Shown here: positions 24,465 to 37,898 of the stretch, one piece after another
Layout: every line of letters starts with the position of its first letter
How positions within the stretch are numbered: position 1 is the stretch's first letter
Assembly (NCBI RefSeq): GCF_001194135.2
Contig: NC_068982.1
Span: 19,173,422 to 19,229,633 of the forward strand
From: Octopus bimaculoides
Taxonomy: Eukaryota
DNA: 56,212 nucleotides
Direction of reading: 5' to 3'
The notes under the pieces: model-generated
The model's input: only the letters and a program-made list of their open reading frames with translations
Told to the model about the DNA's origin: nothing
The model's database searches: none
Program-made: the position numbers and the translations under genes

Positions 24465-24815
24465 GCGCGCGCGCGCGTTGTATTTACATGACTTAGATGA
24501 AAAGTAGCGCCCATGACCTTTTTCAGGGCCACCAAACTGCTGGGAAGAAAGTAGGGAGAATAATATAGAACACACACACTCACACAAACACACATGGATA
24601 TACGTGTCTATGTATATTAATAATTACACGCACACGCACGCACATACACACATATACCCACACAAATGAATGTGTGCGATTATTAATACACACGCCCCTT
24701 GATTGAATGTCAGTAACATTAACATATGAATGATAAGAAAGTATGCCTGCTCAGCGTGTTTTTGTCTCTCATTTGATACTTCTTTCTCTTACAATATGAG
24801 ATAGAAAATATCCAG

Positions 24816-24856
<41 letters not shown>

Positions 24857-26033
24857 TGGAAATGTACATGGGTTCTGTTGCCAAACTTTATATTATAACA
24901 AATAAATTTCAAAACTGTTCAGTGCATTGTTTCAATTCCTCAAATTCTACGTTCGGATCCTGCAACCGATCGGTGTGTGACGTTTATGGATGCCTCTATG
25001 CGTAGACCGTAGAGAATATAATTTTATACAGTAGTTTAAATAGAACGATACCTATCATCTCCCGCCCAGCCTCCCAAAAAGTTTCGTTTAACTATGTATC
25101 TACAGTGAATTAGCAACGTTGTTACAGCGATGGTTTTAAATAACTTGTGTTTTGTATGACTCGCTTCTGTTTTCTGATTTCGAATCCCGTCTAGGTCGAC
25201 TTTGTTACTCCATTTACTAGAGTTGATAAATGAAGCAAAAGTCAAATAACAGGGACTATGTTCTTCTGTCCTTTCCTTTTCGAGGAATCGGCTACGTTGC
25301 ATATACTGTTCTACATTTTTTTCTTAAATTTTGTTTCTGATTTATTTTCCTTCACAAGAATTAGAGAAGGGTTGGACTGAGTGAGTGGGGTAACCAACTT
25401 CTTTTCAAAGCAAGCATAGCTATGCTACAGGAGCCGCCTAAGGAGGGAATTGATATGTAGTGCACGAAAGAACACAAAGAAAATAGAGAAAGAAACAAAA
25501 ATCTTTGCATAGCATAATTTCTTTGATGGTAAACCCAAGGTAAGGTTTTTGATCAACAGATGAATGATCAAAAGCAGCTGGAATTCTTCACTTCTGTTTT
25601 ATGTGTATTTTACGTGCATCAGGGACAACATTAATATATGTAGTATTCTTTATTTATGACGCAGTGTGAAGTGATTTAGGGGAGATTTAGCTATGAATTC
25701 AGGTAAGTCTCGCAACGTAAGAGAGACTTCGTTGTATTAGGTCCACAGACATTCTGAGTTCAAATTCCAATATCATCGAATAAAAGTAATCAATAAATTA
25801 GGCCGATTAGAGGAGTACCCATGAAATCAAATGCTACTGATATATTTAATCAATAGCATACAACGCAAGTGAAACACTACTATTCAATAAAATCGATTTT
25901 ATCCCCACATACGCATCAATATGACAGAGCGAGAAATCATTAACATATAAGTGTCTTAGTGTTTGTGTGTTTGTCTAAACTTTCTTTCTCCTTCCTCCTC
26001 TCTTTCTGTCTCTCTCTCTGTATATATATATAT

Positions 26034-26066
<33 letters not shown>

Positions 26067-26166
26067 NNNNNNNNNNNNNNNNNNNNNNNNNNNNNNNNNN
26101 NNNNNNNNNNNNNNNNNNNNNNNNNNNNNNNNNNNNNNNNNNNNNNNNNNNNNNNNNNNNNNNNNN

Positions 26167-26206
<40 letters not shown>

Positions 26207-26473
26207 TAGTTTTGAGGTTTTTGTTCTGTGTACATTGGTCTCGATCTTTTTTACTTCAGTATGTCATGATATTCTCAACGGATTGATATTCCCAATGATT
26301 GTGCAGGCTCTTATAACCTATGTTTTACATCTTTTGCTTCCCATCCCGTTTTCAAATGAGGCACGTTACCACAACAGATTCCGCTACAACTGTTCAAGGT
26401 ATATTTTTGCTTCGCAACTCTTGGAGTTACTCTTACATTCGTCTTCCCTTAAACGCGATGGCCTGATCTTTAC

Positions 26474-26524
26474 CTCTCACTGAAGGTTCCCGAATCATTG
26501 CATTATAATCTTCCATATTCATAT
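26474..26524 (-). CDS. Candidate 51-bp exon (phase 1 to 1), MNMEDYNAMIREPSVR
   Basis: Acceptor attatattttatag and donor GAG|gtaaag; a single open frame. An alternative donor AT|gtaaga lies 40 bp further on. Confidence 0.22.
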
Positions 26525-26587
26525 CTATAAAATATAATCTCAACAAAACATATAGGTTTATATTCTGTCTTCCACGGTTAACTTCCC

Positions 26588-26739
26588 TGTTAATCTACTT
26601 TTAGTTATGCTGGTTTCATTTGTTGTTCTTGCTCATGGTAATATTAGTTATTGTGTGCTATTTTTATTACCTAGCGGTGATGACTGTATTGGTGACGATG
26701 ATAGGAACGTTGGTGTTTGTATTAATGCAGGGGTTCTCA
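26588..26739 (+). repeat. 152-bp local duplication, copy 1
   Basis: Ungapped alignment to 28922-29073 with 14 mismatches in 152 bp; it ends inside a hAT TIR. Confidence 0.92.
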
Positions 26740-26975
26740 GCCACTTGCACGATTTTCGAGGACAGTGGGTCCTAGAAGTGGGTCCACATTAGATTTTGTT
26801 GTTGAAATTTATCTGCAATGAATTTGTTATATCTCTACAATACATAAAATATTTTACCAATTTTTAAAATACAATTCTTAATAATATTATAAATATTCTA
26901 TTGCTAGGAGTGTACATCCAGGTAACATAGGAATCAAAAGGTGTCCACGGGTTAAAAAATGGTTGAGGAACTCCG
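26728..26975 (+). mobile_element. hAT/Charlie-type MITE, copy 1
   Basis: TIRs CAGGGGTTCTCAG / GGTTGAGGAACTCCG; AT-rich body colinear with 29593-29852 (AGATTTTGTTGTT...CTACAATAC...GGAATCAA). Confidence 0.75.
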
Positions 26976-28550
26976 TTCTAGGCGACTAGAAGACAAGGAA
27001 AGTTATTCCTTTCCTTTTAATTTGCAACTTCTTTGCATTTGTAGACTATTTCTGATCTCTACATTTAGCAGTTATTCAGTGATATCCTGTTATATTTTGA
27101 AATCAGACTTGAGCGAGTTCGATTTTGACTTTCATTGTTTCGGTGTCGATCAGAACAATGCAAGCACTGAAAGTACAGTACTGACGTCACTGTAATTGAT
27201 TGTTTCTCCTGTCAAAGTATGTGTAGACTTGTCCTATAAATGTTTAGAGATCGTAACAATTGTTCTTTGTTCCAAAGACTGCGTTGCTAATGAATAGAGA
27301 GACTGTCGTATTTTACTCACACGCCTTATGTTTTTAGCAGGGACAATTGAAACAATGAGTAAACATTTATGTAGTCCTAGGAGGTACTAGAAATTACAGC
27401 AAAATTCTCTTCAAGCCACTCAATGGTTCTCTTAAATAAGGAGGAATGACACATATAATAAAATCATAATATGTTATATGAGAGTAGAATGCATTTTCCT
27501 TACGAATGAACTTTCCTTAAGTTGACATGGGGCTAAAATATAACATGAACATTAGGAGCAGGAACAGTCGATTGGCACTAGAGGGGATAGAGAAAATGTC
27601 TTTCACCATATATATGCTGATTTCAAATCTAAATCCACTCACACTTTCAGTGTTCCATGTTCCATAAGTACTCTGTGTATTCGATATATTGGATTTTACT
27701 CGTCTCCAGAGAAAATTAAGACAGTGTACATACGTTAAAAAACATTTATTCTAACTGGAACGGATCGAAGACGAGTTACGCAAATAACATTGTATATATC
27801 CCACGCAAAGTATTAATTTTTCACAAAGACAAATCAATGAAAACAAAACATCGACGACAATAGAACCAATAAGATATATAAAACAAACTCAAATGGCATA
27901 CTTTAAATCCTCACTCCTTGCCATCCTTTCAGTCGTATATTATTTCGATTTTAAAAAGATTCGATAGAAAATACTCACGTGTATGAATATGTGCGTGTTT
28001 CCTTCTGTGTATATGCTTCTACATCTACACGACTGAATGAGCTTCCATGTATGAAGCTCATTCAGGTTAGCTTTTGTACATGCATCAAAGTGTGCATCGA
28101 TTTAAACGTGTATCAAATCGCATCTTTTCCATTCTCCTTTTCTCTAATACTTCTCTATCTCGTTCTCTCTTATAATGAATGGGTCATGTGTTCAACCAAG
28201 AAATTTTGAGTGCACGATTTAGTATTTAAACCTGTATAAATACAAGTGTAGAAATATTCGAGATCAAAAAGATGCGACACTATGAAATATAAATTTGCTA
28301 TCAGCTCATTTCCACACCTGAGATGTGTTCGTGCATCCATAAATGTCATAATACGTACAAGGTACAGAATATGGGATATTCATTTTAGGGTGTGATACAG
28401 GTATGAATTTAAAAACATCTACATTGTCTTAAGACTGGTACAAATAGTAGCCAAGCCTCCCTCGAAACATTCATTAGCGTTTTATAAAATGCTACATTTG
28501 GTAATGATGTTCAGAATACAATACTCTGGAAGAATTAGTTATGTGTTCAG

Positions 28551-28772
28551 GACTGGATTGACCTGTTCATTGTTGATCGATCTGTTCTTTCAAGTCTGGT
28601 CGGAGAGAACAGAAAAAAGACAGCAATCACAACTGCAAAAACAAAATTTACCACAACAATGATAAACACTAAAAATGAACCAGCACTTCCCCCGACTACA
28701 CCCACTTCCTCTCTGAGCCAGTTTTTAAGGGCCACAGACAGTCTGGACGGAAAATTCCTCCCCAAAGCTGAG
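28551..28772 (+). CDS. Candidate 222-bp exon with a Thr/Pro-rich segment (DWIDLFIVDRSVL...PALPPTTPTSS...GKFLPKAE)
   Basis: tatgtgttcag acceptor, GAG|gttgga donor, 74 open codons, GC-richer island. The opposite strand is also open (ORF 28547-28900), so the strand is uncertain. Confidence 0.25.
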
Positions 28773-28921
28773 GTTGGAACAATGTTCCGGAAGCCGCTTT
28801 TGTATAAATTCAATTCACGAAATGCAAACACATACAGGTTGAAAGTCCAAATAAATCCGATAAGTTTATTGTTTACGACTGAATGTGTACAAAACAACAT
28901 AGCAGGAGAACACTACTTACT

Positions 28922-29073
28922 TGTTAATCTATTTTTAGTTATGGTGGTTTCATTTGTTATTCTTTCTCATAGTGATATTAGTTATTGTGTGCTATTTTTA
29001 TTGTCTAGTGGCGATGATTGTATTGGTGAGGATGATAGAAACGTTGGTGATTGTATTAATGCAGGGGTTCTCA
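28922..29073 (+). repeat. 152-bp local duplication, copy 2
   Basis: About 91% identical to 26588-26739. Confidence 0.92.
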
Positions 29074-29360
29074 ACCTCTTTTTAACTGTGGAACCCTTTG
29101 ATGCTTAATTTACTCGGGTGCCCNNNNNNNNNNCCCCCGCCCATAATCATTCCTATTGAATTTTTATAATTAATATTTTTTTTAATAAATTACAAATAAC
29201 TGTTAAAATATCTTGTGTATTGTGGACGTATGACACAAACTTTACTGGTCTGAAGCATCGTTTTTCCTGGCCCCTGAAAGATTACCGTGGACCATAAATT
29301 TACTATATTGTATCCGTAGACCCTCAAAATTCTTATATGGACCTCGGTTGACAACTCCTG
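29062..29360 (+). mobile_element. hAT/Charlie-type MITE, copy 2 (different body)
   Basis: TIRs CAGGGGTTCTCAACC / GGTTGACAACTCCTG; flanking 8-mers TATTAATG / CATTAGTA match at 5 of 8 positions (possible decayed TSD). Confidence 0.8.
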
Positions 29361-29592
29361 CATTAGTATATGCAGTGTGAACGTCGAAGAGCAAAGTAAT
29401 TCATCTGGTACGCATGCGCTTTCAAGTTTGGCCCTACGGCATGATATTTACTAAGATAGATTCAAGTGACCCCCAACAAGACTTTATGGTGAAACTGACT
29501 GACGGAAACTGTGAAAACTATTTACATGGATTGTACCTATAATTTGGAGCTTCTGCCTTGGGACGTATTTTGACAAGTTCATTCGGCTAGGG

Positions 29593-29852
29593 CTGTGATT
29601 CTCAACAGGGGTCAACATGACCCTTGGAGGTCTATAGAAGATTTTGTTGTTAAAGATTTATGCACAATAAATTGGTTATATTTCTACAATACACAAAATA
29701 TTTTTACAAATTATTTTTATTCAATTCATAATAATATTTGATTTAAAAAAAACATAATGGGTGATTTTTAAAGATCAAATGTTTATACAGGTCCATCAGT
29801 GCGAAACAGGAATCAAGGGGTCTTTAGGAAAAATATGGTTGAGACCCATTTG
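29593..29852 (+). mobile_element. hAT/Charlie-type MITE, copy 3
   Basis: TIRs CTGTGATTCTCAAC / GGTTGAGACCCATTTG; left flank GGCTAGGG has the central CTAG typical of Charlie-type targets; body homologous to copy 1. Confidence 0.72.
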
Positions 29853-30558
29853 AATATCAGAGAAATATACCTAGTAGATATAGCAAAAAGGTTAGATATG
29901 TGTAAATATTGACAGATAATTACGAAATATGTAATTTCTAAGTGATCTCATCTAAGATCACTGATAGGTAATGGGTTAATTTAACACGAAGCTAGTTCAG
30001 CTGAACTGACAACTGGATGCTGATTGGTTAAAACTGGCGGAGGAATCAGAGTTAATGCTTATGGTATGGGTCGTGGTGATAATTTGTTTTGGTGTTGATA
30101 GAAGTGTAAGTTGAAGTTATGTGGGCAATGCAGTGTCTGTACAATAACTGATAAGCGTGATATTGATTTCATAAACATAACACTAGATAATTTTAGAGGG
30201 AGGTATTATAATCGATTCGTTCGATTCAAGTGCTTGATTAATGCTTATTTCATCGATCTTGGACGGCTTGAAAGGAATAGTCTTTAACTGACACCTCTAA
30301 TTATCGCAGGAAATGTGTCACAAAATCCTGTTTTATCATTACACTAAGCACAAACTATAAGAGTACTTTACCACTTCAAAGAGAAATGTATATAGTATCT
30401 TATATTGTTCCATAAAAATAAAGTGTCGACAATATATGTGTGTGCGTATCTGTACGTGTGTGTATATATACATATGTATGTATATACATGCATGACTATG
30501 CATACATATATATATATATACATACATATATATACAAATATATAAAAACATATATCAT

Positions 30559-30593
<35 letters not shown>

Positions 30594-30612
30594 CATGCAT
30601 ACCTATATATAT

Positions 30613-30649
<37 letters not shown>

Positions 30650-30769
30650 TCTACGTATGTTTACTTATACATTAGAATGAAAGGGAGAGAGTTCTTGGTA
30701 TTTGAATGGAACTTTATTTATCGACCCCAAAATAACGGAAAGCCACTATAAACATCAACAATAGGAACA

Positions 30770-31035
30770 TGGCCACCAAAATTACCAAAACCACCATCAA
30801 CACCAACACCACCACCATAATGACCATCGTTACCTCAATGCCAACCGTCAAAACCAAGGTCAGAACCTCAACGGTCAAGTTATGTCCACCACCACCATCA
30901 CCACTACTATCACCACCACCGCAATCCTCAGTAGCACAACCACCACCATCACAATGGACACCACAGCGTCAACACCAGGACCACCACCACCACCACCACC
31001 ACCACAACCACCACCACCACAACCACCACAAGCAC
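30770..31035. repeat. Degenerate (ACC)n low-complexity tract (similar ACC/ATC/AAC tract at 31760-32400; (ACT)n(GCT)n at 32466-32523)
   Basis: CAC/ACC trinucleotide-derived sequence; it explains the Thr/Pro/His-rich ORF 30769-31086. Confidence 0.85.
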
Positions 31036-31517
31036 GAAAACTACATTAATTTGGCAATGTGCCTACTTACCACTATGCAATACTAGACGATAAAATATAT
31101 GTATGTATATTAATTTCTGAACAAATGAACAAACTAAAGAGTTTATTATATGGGAATATTTGCAATATTTAGAATATGTTATGGCTTTGGGACACAAACT
31201 AACATTTCACTAGAAGCATAAAACGTACTGGAAGTATTCCAGACACTTTTCTACACAACACTGCACTGTATTACACTCCATTGCGCTGCAATACACTTCG
31301 ATGCATTACACTAGGCTACCCTGCATTATACTGCTCTTCATTATCCTATACCACAGTTATATCACTCTTAAGAGCCCACACAACAACTTAACGACGTTGG
31401 AGTTCAACAGTTTAAAAGAACAAACAATAAAAACTTTAATACACACACACACACATGTATGTATTTATATATATGTATATATCAATATTTATATATACAT
31501 ATGTATATTTATATGTT

Positions 31518-31553
<36 letters not shown>

Positions 31554-32474
31554 TACACATACGTATATATGTGTATGTATATGTATATATGTATATGGCT
31601 ACGTATCTATATATCTCTCTCTCTATATATATATGTATATATATGTTTATATATATTCTTATACATGTATATATATATATATATGCTTATATATGTGTAT
31701 ATGTATATAGATGTGTGTTTGTATGTGTGTACACACACACACACACATATATTTATCTATCTTATTTTCACCATCACCTCTACCAGTATCACCAGTAGGA
31801 TTGCTTTCACCGCTGATACCATTCATCCAACCATTATATTACCCCCTCCCTCTTTTCTCTTCTTTTTTTTATTATCAACTATCTCCATCAATGAGTCCGC
31901 ATCACAGACTAGACTTTTATGACTAGTGAGACTGCTCTCACCATTGCCTTCTTACCATCACCATCTCTAATCAACAACCTATTCCACCATCAAATATCAA
32001 TAAACCACTGTTAAACTACCACCGTTTACACAGCAGTATTACCTTGAATGAGCACCAGCCATACTAGCAACAAAAGCCACCAACATAGTTATCAGCACTA
32101 GACTATCATCACCACCATCACTACCACCACCACCACCACCACCACGATCACTGCCGCCGCCCTCATTACCAAAATCATCTTAGCCGTCTCCAGCAATTTC
32201 GATTACATCACTATCCTCATACACTAATACTTGTTCTGATGTCGCCCACGCCAAACCACAACAACAGTAGCCACCACAGCCACCACAGCCCGCACCATTA
32301 TTTTCTTCCTTCAATATCCCCAACACCCTATCACTACCTGCTTCACAAACACCATACTAACAACAACAACAACAATTGTTTTCTATGGAGGAATCAATTG
32401 AACCTGCTAATGATAAAATTCAGCAACCATGACAATACAAATCGCCGAGAACAACAGGCAACGAGTTACTACTA

Positions 32475-32520
<46 letters not shown>

Positions 32521-32892
32521 TGCTTGTACTGTTCCTTACACAATCTCCGGCAATGACATCAGTTCAAGGCAACGAGGAAGTTTCTACATGCTAAATCGAC
32601 CTGCTGGAAATAACAACTACATTTTCCTCTAAGAAGACGACTGAATAGTCAATGGTTCGAATGCTTTTGATATTAGGCTTTTATCAATCAGATTGAACTG
32701 GATCTAAATACAAACAGCAATAACCATAGCAACGATCACCACTGTCTGAATCTGTCCCGCCAGCAGCCATTTATAACACAAGTACAAATACTAACAACAT
32801 CAACGGACAACAAAACTAACTGGAATGAGAACAAGAGCAGATCAATATTAAGAAAGAACGACAATAACAATCATGTTAAAAAATAATCATGT

Positions 32893-33430
32893 CTACTACG
32901 GTGACAAAGTCAGAAATTTGTGGGAAGGGGCTACTCGATTACATTGACCCCAGTGCAAAACTGGTACGTATTTCATCGATTTCGAAAGGATGAAAGGCAA
33001 AGTCGATCCCTACGACATTGGCACTCAGAAAGTAAAGATAGATTAAATGTTGCTAAGCATTTTGTCCAGCGTGCCAAGGATTCTGCCAGCACGCACGCCT
33101 TAGTCATGTTAATAATAATACTTGCTTTTTAAGCTAAGTCAAGGTCTGAAATTTGAGGGAGGGGAATAGTAGACCAGATTCATACCAGTAATTGACTGGT
33201 ACTTGATTTCATCGATCCCGGCAAGATAAAAGGCAAAGCTGCTTTTGGTGAGTTTTGAACTTGGAAAGCAAAGAGCTATAATAAATGCCGTGATACATTT
33301 AATCCGATTCTTCGGCGATTCACAACCCTAACATTGACAGTGGTCTAAAATTTGGGCTCAGAATCAGTAATCTGGAACAGAGCGATTACTTGATAACATT
33401 GACACCAGTAATTGATTGGTATTTTATACT
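32893..33430 (-). mobile_element. Three tandem SINE family B copies (32893-33101, 33125-33327, 33340-33430)
   Basis: Repeated GAAATTTG...GATT/ACATTGAC(C/A)CCAGT...GGTAC...GAAAGGATGAAAGGCAAAG blocks; the first copy ends TTCTGCCAGCACGCACGCCTT. Confidence 0.8.
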
Positions 33431-33646
33431 AGTGATAAGATTGCTGACCTTGTGCCTAAATCAGAAGCTATTGTGTTAAGATCTTGGATTTCGCTGAAAG
33501 ATAATGTTGTTTAAAGCATAAAACTTGATCTCGTTTCATTTTGTGAAAGATTTAGGTGATATCTTCTATATAGTTCCAGAGTGGTTGTTTAAAAAGTTAA
33601 CGCAGGAACGTTAATGATTTCGATTAATTTTTCGCTTCCATTCCAG

Positions 33647-33767
33647 AGTTTGAAAAATGTTGCATGTATCAAAGTGAATTTTTAGAACGAGTTAACATTA
33701 AAGAAGAAACAAAAAAAAAATGTAGAAACAATACTGAAGAAAATGGGACTAGAGAGGATAATTTAGT
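33647..33767 (+). CDS. Candidate 121-bp exon (phase 1 to 2), FEKCCMYQSEFLERVNIKEETKKKCRNNTEENGTREDNL
   Basis: Strong acceptor (tttttcgcttccattccag) and strong donor (GT|gtaagt); only one frame is open. No homology recognised. Confidence 0.27.
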
Positions 33768-35670
33768 GTAAGTAAAAAAGGGAAACAGTGGAAGAAAATA
33801 AAAAGAATAAGTAAAAACGTAGAAAGTTAGACAATAGGAGAGAAGGATAGAGAAAATAGAGGAAGAGGAAAAGCACGTGAAAAATATCATATGAAAGAAT
33901 AAACGGTTGAATGGCAGAAAAAAAGAATAAAAACGCACGTGATTGATTGATAGGTTCGAAAACTAAAACACTTTAAATAAACAAGAACAAAACAAATTTG
34001 GAATGGTAGGAGAAATGTATTCTGTTAGTGACCATCCCGTTTACGTTCATCCAAGAAAATATTAATGTCTTAGACTATATTATTGAATTTGCCTTTCATA
34101 TATTTCTCGAATATTATGCTTGTGCTTTGAGATATGTCTTTAACAAATCGAGTCACTATGTAAAGACTCGATTAAATTTCATCTCAGAAAATAGTATTAC
34201 AGTCATTTAAATGTATTTCAGACACCAGTAAAAGTGGTCCATTACCACAGAAGAAATACTAGCCAAATTTCGCTCAGATTTACACTTGTTTCATAAAAAA
34301 TAAATAAATATATAACGCTCTATATGGCTAAAATGACTTTGATCTCAGGTCGATTTTGTCAGATTTCGCTAAGAGTTAAACAAGAACTCAGTTCTTATTG
34401 ATACGCAGAACCAAAATGGAAGGATCTATATGGTTGCTTGACCTGACTGATATAAAGAGTAATCAAATCGCTTTTAAGTCATACATGAACATCTTAATAA
34501 AGCACAGATATAATCTATAATAAATCCTAGCAGCATTATGCCTAAAGAGAAAAGACGAGCTGATCACATTTCAAACGCCTTTGATCGTAGATCTCCTCAT
34601 TAACTCTGATATGGAACTTGAGAAAAACAAGTGAAGTATATTTATGTTTGAAACATCTATCGTATCACTGATGGCAGAATAAATTATCTTTACGAATAAA
34701 GGAATTCAATTATTTTGCTTTTACAGGTTGTTATTATGCTGCAATTGTGCAATGAGAATTGCATTTATTAAACTTATTTTAAAACGCTACCGTAGGTTAC
34801 TTGGTATGTATCTAGACTTAATAGATTTAAAAATCTTAAATTTTATCTTATTTCATTTTAAAATAATGTTTTTAAATATATGAGAATTTTCAAATATCAA
34901 AAATGATAAACTATGCCACCATCTTGCTATCGAGTTCTACTTAGAGGATGTGCCAGCAGCATCACCAGCAGCATCACCAACAGTATCCAGCTTTGAGAGC
35001 CAGACATTAATTAAAATGAAATAAATGAATCCAAAAATCACAATTCTGTATTATATGTGGTATATATAGCTGTTTTTCCCTTATAGCAAGTTCTCTAATA
35101 CAAGAATCTTCCACATAAAACGGGTTGCTGTATGTCACTTCATACTAAGATAATATTTTTACATATATTAGCAGAAGACATGATTTGGCAATCCATTCCA
35201 TTGCCAACACTACCAAATCTTAAGTTAACATTGATCAGGTTTCGCTTAATGTAGCAGTTATTGCGGGTTACATGTACAGAAAATAAGTATATCTTGCTTG
35301 TTTGTAAGTGGCTGAACTAAATTGTATATTGCTATTAGTTTGGCAATTGTTTGATTGATTTTACTCTCCCGGGAGAAGACATGAGGCAACAGGTTAATAC
35401 TACTACTACTACTACTATAGCCTTCATAATAACGTTGATCATTGCTATATCACAACTCCCTCGCCACTGTTATTACCATCACAAATAATTGTTCCTAATT
35501 TAGGAGCAAGTTTTTTTTTGGGTTAAAAAGACGCCATGAAATGGTATTTAAAGCTGACCATAGCGTAATTTAAAATCAGACTGTGCGGAGCCGGAACGCA
35601 TATAATAAGTAGTTTATTTACATGCTGACAATTCTTCCTTCAGTATATTACAGTAGTTATATCAGTAGGT

Positions 35671-36064
35671 GGAGGTGCAATGGCCCAGTGGTTAGGGCAG
35701 CGAACTCGCGGTCATAGGATCGCGGTTTCGATTCTCAGACCAGGCGTTGTGAGTGTTTTTTGAGCGAAAACACCTAAAGCTCAGCGAGGCTCCGGCAGGG
35801 GATGGTGGTGAACCCTGCTGTACTCTTTCATCACAACTTTCTCTCACTCTTACTTCCTGTTTCTGTTGTGCCTGTAATTCAAAGGGTCGGCCTTGTCACA
35901 CTGTGTCACGCTGAATTACGCCGAGAACTACGTTAAGGGTACATGTACGTGTCTGTGGAGTGCTCAGCCACGTGCACGTTAATTTCACGAGCAGGCTGTT
36001 CTGTTGATCGGATCAACTGGAACACTCGACGACGTAAGCGACGGAGTGCCTGCAACAACAACAA
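35671..36064 (+). mobile_element. tRNA-headed SINE, family D, full length with TSD
   Basis: A-box TGGCCCAGTGG, B-box GGTTTCGATTC, (ACA)n tail; TSD TATATCAGT(A)GGT at 35658-35670 and 36065-36076. Confidence 0.92.
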
Positions 36065-36438
36065 TATATCAGTGGTAGTTTGTCTTTAATACTCATACGG
36101 ACACTCGCATACAGTACAAAACATGTTATGCAAGAAAAGGCGTCTACAGAAACAAATGGGAAGATTCGTGTATGTAATAGAAAGGTAGTCGGTCAGAAAT
36201 GTAGCAAAGGTTAAAATTAAATACATACAAATTAATAAGAGCACCCAGTTTATGTAGAAACTATGTAAGACCAAGTTATATTAGAATGAAAATACATATT
36301 CTCTCGAATTTCAGAACTTTATGTTCCTCACAAAATGCAACTACGAAGATTCTGCTCCCTAAGTTGGATTAGATGATTTCTATATATATTTGCCCTTTTC
36401 CGTTAACCGTTTCCATGTTTCACTTCCAGTATCATCAC

Positions 36439-36483
<45 letters not shown>

Positions 36484-36689
36484 GTGTTGTTTGTTTGTGA
36501 GTATGTGTACGTATGTGTGTGTGATCCATGAGTGTGGGAGTGACATTTTCTGTTATAAAAGTTTTGTCAGTGAGCATTTTGTACCTCCGATTAGATTGGT
36601 TGCAATAATTTGCTTTACACACACACACACACATACGCACGCAAACACACACACATATACATGCATATATAAATCACACATGTCTAATC

Positions 36690-36745
36690 GAATCACCAAA
36701 TCCACTCACATGGCTTTGGTCGGCCCGAGGCTATAGTAGAAGACC
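36690..36745 (-). mobile_element. SINE family A internal fragment
   Basis: ACCAAATCCACTCACATGGCTTTGGTCGGCCCGAGGCTATAGTAGAAGAC matches the family A central block. Confidence 0.8.
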
Positions 36746-36789
36746 CTTGAGAATGTGTCTATAAAACAAAAATAATGTGTAAGACTATT

Positions 36790-36990
36790 GGCTTCAAATT
36801 TTGTCACAAGGCCTGCAATATCCCCGGGTTAATCGATGTCATCGACCCTAGTACAGAGCTGGCCCTTGTTTTATCGACTAGGAAAAGAAAAAAAATCGAC
36901 ATTGGTGGAATATGAATTTAGAACGCAAAAACCGAGACGATGCTGCTAAGCAGCCTGCCCGTCGCGCTCCGATTTTGCCAGCTCACCACT
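36790..36990 (-). mobile_element. SINE family B, full length, diverged
   Basis: TTCAAATTTTGTCACAAGGCC...ATCGACCCTAGT...GGAATATGAATTTAGAACG...TTTGCCAGCTCACC. Confidence 0.8.
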
Positions 36991-37856
36991 GTGGAGGTTA
37001 TTAATATTAATCAAATAACCGAGTCGATTGTACCTATTAAAATTCGGTTGAATGCCGGCTTTACAAGCCGCATTGCTGAAACTTTGAAGTTACACTGTAA
37101 CTCGTGATCAACCCGATTTATTGGAGATTTTTGCACACTTTTCAATATGCTATAATTACGGTGGTAGGTCATGGGATGTGAAACATTTGACAGTTAAAAC
37201 TAGCAGGTTTTTGTTGTTTAGCGCAAAGTTTTGCCTGATTGATAATGACTATGGTTAAAGATTTTTATTCAATGTCACCCCATATTTTTCTTAAATATAG
37301 TTGAGGGATTTCGACTGCCAATTTCTGATCCTCCATCGATCGACTAAAGACTATAACATTTGCTAAAATGTAGGAAAGTTTGTAAGGAAGTTGTAATAAT
37401 AGCAAAATACCGTCAAAGGAAATGAGGTCGGGTTTATATATTCACAGAAAGAGCTAAGCACAGGAAACTAGTAAGATAGATAGAAAGATAGATAAAGAGA
37501 GAGGTGGGTAATGAGTTATGTTCTGCTTCAGGAGACGCAAAATTTGTAGAAAACACAAAACATTCATGTCATTCCGCCCTTACAGTTCACAAAACCATAT
37601 AACCCACCAAGTTTTCTTTACTATTTTATGCATGCTCTCACACTAACACAAAGATACACGCGCACACAAACACACACACACGTACACAAACATAAACACA
37701 AACGCTAACACGGCCATGCATGCAATATCACAGTTGCGTTCCAAAACAAATATTCTTTGAATTGATTGTTTGGAAGACATATACCAGGAATATACTGACT
37801 CTTATGAGGTGTTACACATATACGCAGACACATGTATATGTGTGTGTTAGTGTATG

Positions 37857-37898
<42 letters not shown>

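Noticed and set aside
30769-31086. Thr/Pro/His-rich 105-aa ORF
   Set aside because: Derived from a degenerate (ACC)n tract; similar tracts nearby are clearly non-coding.
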